Assembly (NCBI GenBank): GCA_044892525.1
Contig: CM097886.1
Coordinates: 28,458,001 to 28,522,000 of the forward strand
Source: Schmidtea polychroa
Taxonomy: Eukaryota
Direction: 5' to 3'
Length of the DNA: 64,000 bases
A program made the translations under genes and the position numbers. Positions 37,501 through 51,040 of this stretch are shown piece after piece (position 1 is the stretch's first letter; each line of letters opens with the position of its first letter). The notes under the pieces were generated by a model that searched no databases, was not told where the DNA came from, and worked only from the letters and a program-made list of their open reading frames with translations.

Positions 37501-37552
37501 TTATTTGGACAAATAAACGTGAAAATTCAGTGGATAATTCAATATTCGACAT
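25708..37552 (-). CDS. DNAAF5: Dynein axonemal assembly factor 5 (HEATR2), 7 exons
   Basis: complement(join(25708..25995,28543..28941,31969..32388,32440..32697,34348..34610,36551..36661,36712..37552)) has GT-AG introns and totals 2580 nt (859 aa). Motifs include EPSEEIR, LKDQMDF...RPNLGCR, LPNLIWQSGRTAEALR and LLIHLDD. Confidence 0.88.
26234..27720 (+). mobile_element. Penelope-like retroelement RT/GIY-YIG remnant in DNAAF5 intron
   Basis: FYYLIKTHK...IRPIVS, KQVKGLPMGS, YARYVDDIF, LLDLKI and FYRKP fragments with frameshifts. Confidence 0.8.
26912..27303. mobile_element. hAT (Charlie/Buster-type) MITE nested in the Penelope remnant
   Basis: TIRs CAGCGGTTCTCAA / TTGAGAGCCACTG; 8-bp TSD TCCTACAC. 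Confidence 0.9.
27867..28148 (+). mobile_element. Probable non-autonomous Helitron
   Basis: 5' TCTCTCTATATATAAAA after an A; 3' GCGAAGCGAACAGGGTCAGAGCCGCTAG. The next base is G rather than the usual T. Confidence 0.5.
28448..28524. repeat. (AAT)n microsatellite in DNAAF5 intron
   Basis: Direct reading. Confidence 0.95.
29104..29862. mobile_element. hAT (Charlie/Buster-type) non-autonomous element
   Basis: TIRs CAGTGGTTCTCAAA / TTTGGGAACCACTG; TSD CTCCAGTA / CTCTAGTA. Confidence 0.85.
30440..30900 (-). mobile_element. Possible MULE transposase remnant
   Basis: Minus-strand LLGQHDHWFNDGTY resembles the W-x-x-DGT(F) catalytic motif; otherwise degraded. Confidence 0.3.
31520..31800 (+). mobile_element. 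Penelope-like GIY-YIG endonuclease remnant
   Basis: RVTCNWCNATYIGET and EALII..FNPKI fragments. Confidence 0.65.
33106..33681. mobile_element. Tc1/mariner MITE with Stowaway-type TIRs
   Basis: TA|CTCCCTCCGTCCGGTAATATGGTATACATTT ... AAATGTATACCATATTTCCGGACGGAGGGAG|TA. Confidence 0.9.
35029..35232 (-). mobile_element. Tc1-like transposase remnant
   Basis: ILQHDNTFCY and WSMYLPDLSNIENL resemble QQDNAPCH and WPxxSPDLNPIENL. Confidence 0.6.
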
Positions 37553-39645
37553 AATAATTGGTTGTGATGTCTTTCTTGTAACTTAGTTTCTAAATATATA
37601 AACAAAGAAATTTAAACCAAATGATCCTGGTTTTATAAATTAATTTCTATTAATTAAAATTTAACTTACATATATAAAATATTGTGATGAATTTAATTAC
37701 TAAAAGTCGATGTTATCTAAAGATTACTTTGATTTAAAAATTTATAAATTTAATCAAAATATAGAATTTAATTAAATTACTAAATTAAGAAATTTTATAT
37801 TAAATTAAATTAAGTTAAATCCAATTCATTTTTAAAAGACTTAATTTCGGGCCTTATTTATTAAAAAGTTCCCATTTTATAAAAGTATTGTCAATTATTA
37901 AAACACAAGTTATAATTAAATATTTTCCCTTTTTAAGATTTTCTTCACTTCTTCAGCCATTTAATTATTTCTTTCATTCCTTCTTTCATTCCACGCAATT
38001 AGTGATAGTATTCTGATGACTTTATATTGACTTTTGTACTACATAGCATTATTTAGTCTTTTCTGCGATTCTTCGCGTACTAAATCTTCTTCCTGTTGGA
38101 AATAGTATTAAAACCTGAATAAAAAATATAAAATATTATTAAAATCAATAAAAAGCACCAAAAAACAAATGCATAAAGTTATTTAAAATTTAAGAAAAAT
38201 CGAAAATCAATATTGAACGGGAGAAACTGTATGCTTGAAAACCAAATTGAAAGACAAATTCAAAAATTATAATGAAAATTTAATAAAGGGTTCACAAAGA
38301 AAGTTAAAACGAAAAAATTCAAATTAATTAAAGTTAATTAATCCGTGATGTGAAGTCTGAGTCCATGGGAAACCCGAGCGCTGAAATGAACCCAAAGCGC
38401 TTGAGATCTGACTGATTATATAGGAAAACGAACTCATCCGGACGCTAATCTAGAGTAAACAAATTAGGATGATGTAATACTCCTCAAAATATTTACCCAG
38501 GGTTCCCTAAACACTAACTATTTGCGATAATCGTAAAATCTATAGATAATTGCCATATCAAAAAGACTATAAAAAGAGAGCTCAAAAATAGAGAAGCCGC
38601 CAATTGATTGAAGAAAGAAGGAAGAAACAAAGTGAATAAGTCAGTTAGCGAACAGTAAATAGAATCAATTAATTGAAAGCAATTCTTACTCTCCTACCAA
38701 AAAAGGTGATTTTCCCATTGGTTTTCTACCTTTACAAGCAATATTTATTGGAAAGGTGCAAATCTAGTCACTAATTGTAATTTAATTTGACATTGAATTT
38801 TAATAAATTTGTTCTATGTTGGGTTTCATTTATTTGTTTAAATAAGAACACGGGGAGTCAGAGAAAACACAACACTCCCACACTGCAAAATCACGAATGC
38901 ATCTTTTTGTCGTGTCTATAGCTCACATATTATCAGAAGCTTTATCTGACTTACATCTTGCTTCAAGTTTGAATGTAAATTAACATCCGCTCATAAATTA
39001 TCTTAAATAATAATAAACCTGTAAATAAACCCTCTTTGTTAATTGTTTGATTTAATCGATGTTATTCTATTTTTTATATTTTTGTGATTTTATTCGATAA
39101 TGGAATTATTTTTTGCCTTTTCTTATTTATTTATGTTTTATTTTATTTTCTTTCACTTTGTATTTTATTTCTTTTCTATTTATTTATTTCTTGCATTTTT
39201 CCTATTTTTTCTTTCGTTTTTTCAATTTTTCGTCTTCCTTCCGCTCTTTTTATCACTTCGTCTCATCAGCTTATTTCTTGTTTGTTGCCAACACTAAGAT
39301 ATATTTTCAATTTTTTCCAGTAAAGATAATTTTTTTGCAATTTTGAAAATATTCGATCTCTAAAAAAAATCTAATAACAAATTTGAAAAATAATTCCAAA
39401 AAATTCCAAACATTAAATTGCACTCGTTCGAATTAATTAAAATTTAGATTAAATAATAATGATATTTAATAATTAATTAATAATATTTAATTATAAATGT
39501 TTTAATAATGTTTAAATAATTTATCATAAATTTAAAATAAATTGCTTTAAAAAAATTTAGTTATAAATTAAGAAAATCTTTTCTGCTTTACTCATATATT
39601 TTGAATTTTTTTTTATTTCCCGCAATATTTTCAACTATTTTTACC

Positions 39646-42600
39646 ATGCGAATAACATTATTATCTAAGCTTTTTAATCCTGTTGTAAATAAATTACCTA
39701 ATGAAAATAAATATCTTTCAAAAAGTCAAAAGGTTATAAATATTATAGTTCAAAAATTAATATAATTTACTGTTTAGTTACTTCTTTATTGTAATTTAAT
39801 TTCTCCGAGTAGTTTTGGAACTTACACAATTATGCCTATACTGCAAAGAAGTTTAGATAAATTGATTTTTTTAATTAACAAAGAAATGGAATCTATCGAT
39901 GCACATAAGCTTACAATGCCATCATTAGGTCGATCATCAATCTGGAAACAGTCAGGTTTCAAAGTTTACAATTGGTCCGTCGATGATAATATTTAGGACG
40001 TTGGGATCTATTGGGAGATGAACTATACAAATTTATGGATAGAGATTCAAAAGAAATGTGTTTACAACCAGTAAATATCATTTAGAAATAACTTTAAAGA
40101 TTTTCTATTTTAAGACTCATGAAGAAGAGATTACCAGTTTATTATCCACCTTTCAACCGTTATCAACTAAACAAATGCCCATATTACTTTATCAGGTATA
40201 ATTTTTTAATAACTTACTACTTGTTAAAATTCTATAGCGGTGATCTTTAAATTATTTGTGGTATGCCAGATCAAATACCTGTATTTTGAGACAGCCTCCC
40301 ATTAGGTTACTTGTATTTTAAAGGTATTGAATAGTAATATCAATTATGAGAATTTTTATTTGGTTGTTTATTATGGACATCTAATATTTAATTTGCTTAT
40401 AGAGAAGCCTAAAAGGTTCTGTTCGCCAGAGTAATATAATGGACAGTGGTAGGTTTCATAAAAATATTACAAAGAAACGTAACGACATTTTTAAATTTGT
40501 ATTTGTTTGCATTTATGACACAGTGAAATTAGTAATAATTATAAGAAATATTTCGATAGAAAAACTATAGATTTTATACTCCAAAGCGTATAAGTTATGT
40601 GCAACAAGGACAAATATTATGGGAAAGATTCACTAAATTTACATATTTTCATTACATCATTTTTTGTTAATAATATTATTAAAATTAAAATTTCGTAATT
40701 ATTATGAATGAAATCTTTCGACAATTCTTTTATGTATTTGAAGTAATTTTCTACTTGTTTCATGACTTCAATCAAACTTTTTTGACATTGTAAAATTAAA
40801 TTTAATTATTCTAAATTTAATTGGATAAAAATTAAAATTTAATTAAATAAAAATTTTAATTAATTTTAAGTGTGATATTATTTTAATTAATTTTGAATAT
40901 TTCAAATTTGATTGGATAATAATTAATAATAATAAATAAAATTTTAATTGTGAAATTTTTTAATTAATTTCAAATTGTGAAAATTTTTTAATTGATTTTA
41001 AATATTTCAAATTTGATTGGATAATAATTAAAATAAATAAAATTTTAATTGTGAAATTTTTTAAATTAATTTTAATTATATTAAATTTAATTGGATTATA
41101 ATTGACATATTTTAAATTAATTTCAAATTGTGATATTTTTTTAATTGATTTTAAATATTTCAAATTTGATTGGATAATAATAAAAAATAATTAAATTAAT
41201 TTCAAATTTTGATATTATTTTAATTAATTTTAATTTTTTCAAATTTGATTGGATAATAACTTTGATCCTAACTTTATGCAATTATTATAGATCACAACCA
41301 AGTTTCGAAATGAAGTTGCACCAAAATTTGGACTTTTGCGAGGGAGAGAATTTCTAATGAAAGGTGTTGCTTTTATTGACCTTTTCTATGATTATTTTAT
41401 TGGTAACTGTTGTTAGATCTGTATTCATTTGATTGCGATGAGTCGTCAGCTATGTTGACATATGAAAGAGTTGTTCAGCAATATCATAACATATTCCAAC
41501 AATTGAACGTGAAATTTATTTGTGGTACTGTTTTCATTATTTGTTGGTAATATTACTTGATTGCCTTAGTCGATGCTGATAGTGGTGGAATGGGTGGAAG
41601 TCTATCCCATGAATTCCATATTCCAATGAGTTCGGGAGAAGATACCGTGTTGTTTTGCAACAAGTAGACATTTTATTGAATTTTAAATATATTAAGGTCA
41701 ATTATCTTAACATCAATTCATATAACAATTGAAATACACGCTTGATAAAGACTGTGCTGAAATATTATGTAATTTACAGAATGCTTAAAATCATTAGTAT
41801 CATCACATTGCAAGAACTACAATAAAGTTAAAATACAAAATTTACATCGGCCTAGTCGAATTAACTCCAAGTTTGGTTAATAAATCTCCATAATTTCCTT
41901 GTCATAAGCTTTTTGTCAAAATCAATTTGTACCTAATTTATCGAATTTTATCACTATAAAGTTCCAAAATATTTATTTTGTGGTAAACATTTATACTGCG
42001 AAGTTTAGTAGTTAGGGGTAATTACGTCACGCTCGATTCCTTGAAAACGTGACGAAACGTGACGTGGGTGAGTGGATGAGTTGAGCTGAATGTGACGTCA
42101 CACTAATTGTATTTTATGGACCACAAGAATTATTATTGCTACAATCTTCCTCTGCTGCTGTGCTACAGTGATGCTGATACTTTGACTAGATAACGATGAC
42201 TAACAATTATTGCTGCTACAGCAAGCTCCCAAGCAGCCTAGAAGACCGTGTGTACCACTAGACTACCCTCATTTCTTGAACAATAAAATGACGTAACTAT
42301 GGAGGGTGGATCAACAGAAATGTGACCAAAAGTGACGTAATTATGCAATGACCCCTTATGCATATGAATCATGGGCGTTCGCGAGGGGGGAACAAGTGGG
42401 GGCACCTGTCCCCCACCCTGAATTTCCCAAACCATTCTATTTTTCGATTAATTTAAACACATTTTAATAGATGCGCTCAAACAATCTAATTAATTATATC
42501 TGGAAATCAATGATTTCAAATCATTATATTTGTATAAAAACTTTTGTTGAGGATATCTAAATAACAATTCATAAAGAAATAAATTAAATTAACTGGGGGA

Positions 42601-45006
42601 AGATCGCCATGACAAACGGACGATCTATGGGAACTCAGAAAAGAAAACGGAAGTAAAAAGAAATTAAAAATGAGAAAGATAAAGGAAATAAAAGGAATCA
42701 AACAGGAAAATAAAAACCAAGGTCAGTACTAATTAATTAGTACAAAATGGAAAAGGAATTTTGAAATCGGGGAAAAGGACAACAACAATATCCTTATCTC
42801 GACAGCTTGTCAGTGATAACAAAATTACTGGGAGAAGGCGGTTAAACAAGAAAGGGAAAAGAAAAAATATCTCGACATCTGTCAGAGATAAGGCTGACAT
42901 AGCGGGGAACGTAGAAGAAAATGGAAATGAGAAAATTAAATCTGTCGCCAGTGCCATAAACAAAATAACTATATAAAGGAAAAATGGTGAACACGAAAGG
43001 AGAACAAAATTTGGAAAAGTGGGAACAAAAATTGAGACAATTGTGAGACAATTTGTGAGACGATTTGAGAGACAAAATTATTGGAGGAAAATTAGACAAC
43101 ATCGGACGAAACGTTGTTGGAGAAATGATTGAATAAAAGAATTGCAAAGAAAATAATTGTGAAGAATTATTGTTGGAGAATATTTGAATAAAATAATTAG
43201 TTGAAAAATTAAACGAAAAGAAGTTACTTGAGTATTTGAATAAACATGTGAAGAAGGTCAAAGAAAACAACCAGCTCAAAGTCCCAGCTGATAAACCAAT
43301 CAGTAATTTGTGGTCTTTTAATCCGGTGTTATACGCAAGTGCTATTCCTCACTGAGTGTTGTAATACGCATTGTATAGTCACCAAGCAGGGTGTTGAATT
43401 GATTGTAAATAAACGAAAAAAATCCTATTTTGTATAATGCCCCAATTATTTATTATACACATGTATTTTTTCAACTCTCTTCCCCCTAGATTAATTGTCT
43501 ACTTGGTAAAAAATATATTTTTACCCCCCCCCCCCCTTGGAAAAATTCCTGCGGACGCCCATGATATGAATTGTCGTTTTTAATAATTTCCCTTAACGCA
43601 TTCATTGAGTTTGTCGTTTTATTGGTTCATATATTTATTATAGGCTTTATTCATTTTTTCAGGTGTTCCAAAGGATTCAATGCAGATTTAAAAAAGAAAG
43701 GTTAGAAATTAACAATTCCAGTTGCTTTATTTGAACTTTAATTGAAAGGCAATTTATCAAATTGCTGTAAGGATTCTTCGTGTTCTGGAAGTTTAGAGTC
43801 TACTCAAGCAGTTGAAGTTATTTTTATACAAATATAACTTTTCAAAGTTGAACGCTTCCTTTTTAGATTGGTCATTGCTTTATGCTCGGTGATAGATATA
43901 CGAATGCATTTGATTTGCATTATTATAATGTTAAACAAGAAAAAAGGTTAAAATTCATATTTCTTTAAGACCCAAAATTTTCTACCTGAAAGATCCATAA
44001 ATATAAGAAATACTTATATTGTGACGATTTTTTTTATTTGAGGACGACATTTTTTAGTGATAAAGATTTCCCAAATTCTTGATTTTCACTTTATAAAATT
44101 TCTTTAAATATGACTGCATTCAAAATGTCCAAACTGCTTCCTTAAATAATTTGCAAAAATGTCAGTTAAATATTCTAATTATACATGGGAATGAATTGTA
44201 TCATTATTTGCAATATTATTATTTCTATGACGTTCCAATTTTTTCTACATTAATTTTTCGTGGTCATTACATAATAAATATAAAATTATACAATAACTTT
44301 TATATTAATCGATAACATGAAATAATTGAAAATGTTATCGAATAATGTATAATTTAGCTAATTTAACTAACTTTTTTAAACTATTACATATTGTTAAAAT
44401 TTTTATTTATTTTAAATAAACTCAATTTGTTTATTTGAACCATTCCTATAGGCACGGTAACAGCACAAAAAAATTATGATATGAGTGGCAGGATGAATAT
44501 AATTATGGAAAATAGATTTGTCTAAGAAATCTAAAATTTTGTATCAACTACAAAATTCGATTTTTTAATACTTTCGAAAATATTTAACGAATCAGCTTTT
44601 CAACATAATTGGATTTTTTATTGTTTTTAATATGCAGAAACTTTGTCATGGGCTGTTATGGGATAGGAGTTACGAGGCTCCTGTCTGCTTGCATTGAATC
44701 ATTATCAGATGACAACAATATTAGATGGCCACAAAAGATTGCTCCATTTCGCGTTTCAGTATTATTACAAAAAGTAAAATTGGAGATCTGTTTGTATTAT
44801 CAATCTAGTAAGTGTTTTAATAGAATGGAGCTCATGATTATCCATCAGAGGAACTGAAAGCTAAGATAGTGAATAGTTTAGTAAAAAATTTCAAAAATAA
44901 TTCCCTTTGTCCGAGTGACATTTTATTGGATGATTCTAATTGTACAATTGGGAAAAAACTTTCTAATAGTAATGTAATTGGAATTCCCTGGGCAATTATA
45001 GTTAAA
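39646..45006 (+). CDS. PARS2: Mitochondrial-type prolyl-tRNA synthetase (>=12 exons; last exon not resolved)
   Basis: Exons 39646-39732, 39778-39955, 39997-40070, 40115-40195, 41291-41363, 41417-41524, 41570-41663, 43663-43700, 43749-43816, 43867-43946, 44638-44773, 44824-45006. Motifs: [66 protein letters not shown]. Confidence 0.9.
40780..41260. repeat. AT-rich tandem repeat (TTTCAAATTTGATTGGATAATAA units) in PARS2 intron
   Basis: Motif recurs at ~40900, 41000, 41160, 41240. Confidence 0.75.
42015..42355. mobile_element. PIF/Harbinger-type MITE
   Basis: TTA|GGGGT(del)AATTACGTCAC ... GTGACGTAATTATGCAATGACCCC|TTA. Confidence 0.65.
42370..43563. mobile_element. hAT non-autonomous element carrying a dispersed repeat
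   Basis: TIRs CATGGGCGTTCGC / GCGGACGCCCATG; perfect 8-bp TSD ATATGAAT. Confidence 0.88.
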
Positions 45007-45158
45007 GTACTTAAATATTATTTTTAATTAATTATATATTTAAAGTGATTAAAGGTTATTAAATTAATTTATTAAAAAATTAAAAATGCCAAAATGAGAA
45101 TTCTATTTAACACTCGATTTACGGATTGACCCAATTTGACTCATTTAAAAATCTATTG

Positions 45159-45196
<38 letters not shown>

Positions 45197-48100
45197 CTGA
45201 TTTATTATTTTTTGAATACATATGTTGGTATTTAGATACGTCATGAAATATAGGTAAATATTAATTTCTCTCCTCTACCGACTCCCTCATTTCGCATATC
45301 GAATTAGGTATACCTATTTTTACGGCTAGTAAATCTAGTGTTAATAGCCTAAGAATTTTAAATGGGTATTTATTTGTAGATCATATGTAATCGCATGCTA
45401 AGCTTGATATGACAGAATATCGAGTTTTCCAAAATAAGAATAAATTAAAATTGCACTAATAATAACTTATCTAATAATTTTAATTTTTATAATTGTTATT
45501 ACTATTATTATTATTGTTGAGTTTAAAATAGAAAGTCACTAAAATAGTATAGAATCACGTTTTTTGCTTGATCCCAAAATAAATCGATTTCGACATTTTT
45601 CTGGGTCCAGATATATTGATTGGAAACCGGCAGAACGACACAGTACTGGAGCCGGGACGATGAAGCAGGTGGTAATGAAATCGCGAACTCGAGATATATT
45701 GATTTGGGTGATTGTTTTTCTGTTTAGAATCAGCTGGTGGGATTCATTGATTTTTCTAGAACAACACTGTCGAACCCATTCACGGCTCTATTGTTTTTCC
45801 AGAACTACTTAATCTATGGGCTCAACAACTTCATACATAGTAAAAGAAAACTTCGACAATTGTCTAGCCAATTCCATTTTACTTTTGGGATATTAAATCG
45901 GTATCATTCTGTTGACTAATTCCCAAATCTGTATAGACATCGAATTTTCGAATGCTAAATCTATGATCAATTCTAACTTCAATTTACAAATTAAATTAAA
46001 TACAATTGCTTGTAATTTCACAGAATTGACATATGGACAAAGATTTTCAAATTCAGTAACTATTAGTTTTTTAGATTTTTCTAGAACAACACTAACGAAC
46101 ACATTCACAACTCTATTGTTTTTCAAGAACTACGTCAATAAGTTCAATAAATTCTTAAATTAATTTAATTAATAAGGTGCCCAAACAGCATGGTTAAATC
46201 CAATAAAAACACCAAAAATAATAAAAGTACAAAAATTGAAAATTAATATAGTCCTAGGATAATGGGTATAGTTGAACGCCGAATCCAGAAATGATAATAA
46301 AAATTTAACGAAGAGTCCCTAGAAAAGTTATAAGAAAGTAATTAAAATTGATTAATCCGCTAAACCCAAGCACCATAGAAAACTCGAGTGGTATGGAGAG
46401 CCAAACTGTATAGGAATGTCGAGTGGTTATTAAATAATTTTGTACTGATTTAGATAAAATGTCAAAGCGCGAGGTCAAATTAATTTATTGCGAAAACAAT
46501 TAACCCAAAGTACTATGAATGTTATAAAAAGAGAGTTGTAAGTTGGTCGAAGAAAATTAAACTAAATTTAGAATTTGTAAAGAAACAAAGATGATCAAAA
46601 TTAGAGCAGGCGAGGTTAGAATAAGTAAGAAATAATTATAATCGAGCTTTCTACTGAATAGGCATTTAAGAAAAAGTGATTCTCAATCTGGTTGCAATTT
46701 TTAATTGATTTTGAAGGTCAATAAATTTATTCTGTTTTGGGGAGTCAGATGTTAACCGACCTATTAATTAATAAACCAATATTATTTTAATTATTATATT
46801 AGCTGTTTAGTTATCTTATTATATTAATTTCTTTAATCTTTAATCTATGTATTTCATAATTTATTAATAGATTGATTGATATAAAATTTAATAAATTTAA
46901 AAACAATTAATTGGTATGTGGTTAATTCTTTACCTGTTAATATATTTCGCATGTATTAAGATAATTAAAACAAAATAAATAACGTTTATTACTTCATTTT
47001 GAAAATAAATCTAAATGTTATTGGACGTAATATTTTTCGAGAATTATTGAAAACAAATTTATTTAATTTCTTACTTTAAAAGTCATTGCTTTAATTATTA
47101 TCGTTTTTTTTAATATTTTATATTTATCTAATTTTATTTAACACCGATGGGACGTATTTGATAGTATTATTAGAAAACTTAATGAATATTCACCAAAAAC
47201 ATTTATTTTTAATTACAATTATAATTAATAACGTATTATAAACATAAATTTTGTTCAATAACATAAACTGCGCGGCAGATGATGCGCAATATGAATGTCG
47301 GCGCATGCGAAAACGTGTTAAAAAATAATAGTCTGAAAATTTCAACTTAGAACTTGACTAAATTATATATATTAAGTCGATTCTTAACTTTATGAGACTA
47401 GCTTTATTTTAATAAATTCCATATTATGTCACTAAACTCTATTTTTTACTTATTCAACTAGTTTTTTAAATAATTATGCAATTCAAATAATCTATATTCA
47501 AATTTTAGTCCATTAAATTGTTATTATTAAAAAATCATTTAAACCATATTAAAAAAATATTACGAAATCTTTTATAAGATAGTATTTTATTGACGATTTA
47601 GTTTTTAAATTTTGATAGTTAATAATTTAAAAATTATTTCCATTTTTTACAAAAAAAATTTACCACTATTATCCACATAAAAAATTTGTAGGCAGTTATA
47701 ATTCATTTTTCTTTAAATGCAAATCCTGAAAACACGATGTATAAAATTTTTATCAAATGTGACAAATGTATTTCAGGATTTGTTAACAATAAATTTTATT
47801 TAATTGATGAGTTATAATTTTTATTGAATTTATTTAATAAATGCATTATATTAATAGAATAAAGAAGTATTGGAAACTGTAGACATATATGGAAAAGAGA
47901 CATATTTCTTACAAATTGAAGATGCAATATCGGCAATTAATGGTAATTGTAAACAGTCTTTGGCAAATTCAATCAAATCCGTTGGAAAATGAAAGAATGA
48001 ATTATAATAAATGTCTACTTGTTATTTTATCATTTCCCATTGTAAAGTTTTACTCCTTACAAATGGTTTGAAACTTTGTATTAATTTCCTTCACCTCAAA

Positions 48101-48649
48101 GATTGTAAGGTAATTGAGAGATTTAAAAATGAAACCTTATTTAGGATAAAAAAGGTTATAGTTTCTAAATAATGTTTTATATTGAAATGGGGGAATTTCG
48201 ACATTTTTAAAGAATTTATGGGTAATTTAGCAAAAGATTTACATATTATCTCTATTATGCCAAATGTATTCAATTTCTCCTAATGCTCTGATGGATCCAG
48301 GGTTCATGTTATTAAAAAGCGGGTTTCGTACCCAGATTAAGTTTTTCTTGATTTCAAACTCGAGTCATACCTGATTATGATTTTAAGAAACAAGAAAATC
48401 ATTAATTAAACATTTAATGTTTATACATATTTTTACTTAGAAATACAGAGTCCAGTGTCGTGATATTTATTTATTCTCGTAGCTTTCTTTATTTGACCTA
48501 AGTTATAAGTCTATTTCAATGTTATATGAAAATTACGTCAAGTAAACTAACGTGTCAACTATTTCATTTATTAAAGTTTAATTATCTTTTGTTGTAGTTT
48601 TTACTATTATGTTATTAAAATTAGTAAAAATGTAAATCTTAACTAAAAT

Positions 48650-48960
48650 TGATTATTGAGTTGAGTATTGATAGTTCCTGACACTGTATTTCGGCGATCA
48701 ATGGATCATTTTGTTTGTTGTTGGGATCCACGGTATTTTGAGGGCTCAATGGATTGTCAAAATCCAAAAATAATATTTTTTAAATGTAAAGTTTTTTTGA
48801 AAGATTTGCACTACATTATGATGCTACTTAGAACTTCGAGTGTTTAACAATGGTGTGTCAAAACCTTCAAAGGGTCAAAATATTGATTTTCTCAAACATA
48901 ATTTAAAAGATCGGCACCAGCATGTTGGACCACATCTTACAAGATTTCACAAAAGTTGAA
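48650..48960. repeat. ~300 bp repeat, inverted relative to 51040-51480
   Basis: ACATCTTACAAGATTTCACAAAAGT vs ACTTTTGTGAAATCTTGTAAGATAT; TATTTCGGCGATCAATGG vs CCATTGATCGCCGAAATA (the latter occurs twice, ~51423 and ~51712). Confidence 0.75.
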
Positions 48961-49176
48961 GATTACCAATGTCAAAAGTCCAAAATCTTTAAAGTCTTAG
49001 AAATTTTTTCTGCACATTTTAATTTTTAAAACCTTAATAAAATTAATTATCATAAAGCTTTGCTATTCGCTAAATCACGTTTTTCAAATGTTTTAATTTT
49101 CTCGATTTTGAAGATAATTATTACTATTTAATCAACTATATTTCTTAACCCATGATAAATCCTTGTTAGTAGTATA

Positions 49177-49602
49177 CAGCGTCGGATTTACCTATAGGCA
49201 GACTAGGCACTGCCTAGGGGCCCGCAGTATTGGGGGCCCCAAAATCGAAATCATCTAAGGGGCCACAAAAAAAATATTTTTTTTAATGGATTTTTTATAT
49301 ACTAAAATATAAAAAATTGAAAGCTATTGATTTTGATTCATTGATTGATCAATATGCTCTAGAAAAATTTAGAAATAAAGTTTTGTAAAATTATATTTTT
49401 GACATGACATATGTATCTTATTTTTAAACGGAATTATTTAATAAATATATTTCAAAATATAAATAGGTAGTAAATAATTATTTCTTAAATACTTTTAGCA
49501 AATAAAATAACCTACATAATTTCCTTGAAATATACTAATTAATTTTGAGGGCCCCAAAAAGCTCCTTTGCCTAGGGCCAACAAATGCTTAAATCCGGCCC
49601 TG
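49177..49602. mobile_element. hAT MITE
   Basis: TIRs CAGCGTCGGATTTA / TAAATCCGGCCCTG; 8-bp TSD GTAGTATA. Confidence 0.9.
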
Positions 49603-50025
49603 GTAGTATATCATAGTAATTAAACGTACTGAGTGCTCATTTTGTCTTTAATAACCCTTTTTTTGACAATTGAATCTTAGCGATAAAACCTATTTAGAGA
49701 TAATAATACATATTTTTGAAACTTGTTAGCTGAACCCAAAGAATAGATACTCAAAATGTCCATGTTTTTCTTAAATTACCTACAATTTTGTTAAATGTTA
49801 CTCTAACAGCAATTTATTTATAACAAATTTTCATAAATTATCTAAGATTTTGTAAAAATATTTCCCAAAACAGCAGTGTATTTTACCTGAATTGACTATA
49901 ATTTTTTGAATGTAATAGCAAATACTAACTAAATTGAGTAACGAAAATTGCAACCTTTTTACTAAATTATCTAAGGTATTGCTAAAAATAATTAAAATGA
50001 AGATATATACATTTATTGTCTATAG

Positions 50026-51040
50026 CAGGGCTGTCCAACTGGCGGCCCGCGAGTACATTTTACTATGAATAAATTTATGTTACTAAATTATTATTATTAA
50101 TATTAAAATTATTTTACTATGTGAAATTTTAAATTTAATTTGAATTTAAAGTAGGTATTATTTAGTTTGCGTAACTTCACTTAACCTGGCTGAATACAGC
50201 AGCAATCCGTTTAACGTCTGATGATGGTTCGCGCCACATATTATATTTGTGGTTGGTTGTTGTTTATCTGTGGTTGGTGCACGAGATGCATACACTACCC
50301 TGCGCTATTTGGTTGATTCATGCAATCGTGCGAGTGCAGTCTTGACTAGAATTTGTTGAGGGGTGACTGTGTTATAATATTATTAACTTAATTTCATATT
50401 TATTTTATATTTAAAATAATTATTGAATATGAATGCTACTAATGACAGAAAAATTAAATGAAAGCCATTACATATCAAATTAATATTAATATAATAAAAT
50501 ATATTTATTATTAAATATATTTTATTATATTATTATTAATGAAATAATAATTGAAATTTTTAGAACGCTAATCAAAACTAACCTTCAATGAAGGGCAATA
50601 ATAACTGTAAAAAAATTCGCCTTGTCAATGTTTGAAAGGTTTAAAGACACTGGCAAATGCCAAATAAATAATTGTGGCAAGAAAATCAAAGCAGCTGGAG
50701 GCTCAACATCTGTCTTACAAACACATGTAAAGACTATTCACAACATTAACCTCTTAAAAAGGGAAAATACTGATGACAATCCGTTCGAGAATTCTGTGAA
50801 CTCCATGTGCATCCAATTTCAATCATATTGTAAAAAACTTGTGGATAATTCATTAACTGCTATCTTCTACGCCCGTTTTCTACGCATTCAATTAAAAAAA
50901 TGGAAATGGAGTATGCCACGAAAATAAACAAAGAAACAAGTGAAGAACGTTCGGCTTGTAAGCTAAAAAAAGATTCAGTTTGACGTTAGACGAATGGTTT
51001 TCAACCAGAAACCGCAGATACATGAACATTAATGTACATT
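50026..51040 (+). mobile_element. Truncated hAT element with BED finger and transposase start
   Basis: Left TIR CAGGGCTGTCCAAC; CQINNCGKKIKAAGGSTSVLQTHVKTIH (zf-BED); FSLTLDEWFSTRNRRYMNINVH. Confidence 0.75.

Noticed and set aside
37925-38100. Possible small gene (YYFQQEEDLVREESQKK, faintly ATPase-inhibitor-like) on the minus strand
   Set aside because: No consistent open frame or splice model could be built.
46700-48070. Possible short-exon gene after the GC-rich island at ~47270-47320
   Set aside because: The trial GT-AG joins all hit stops; no recognisable motif.
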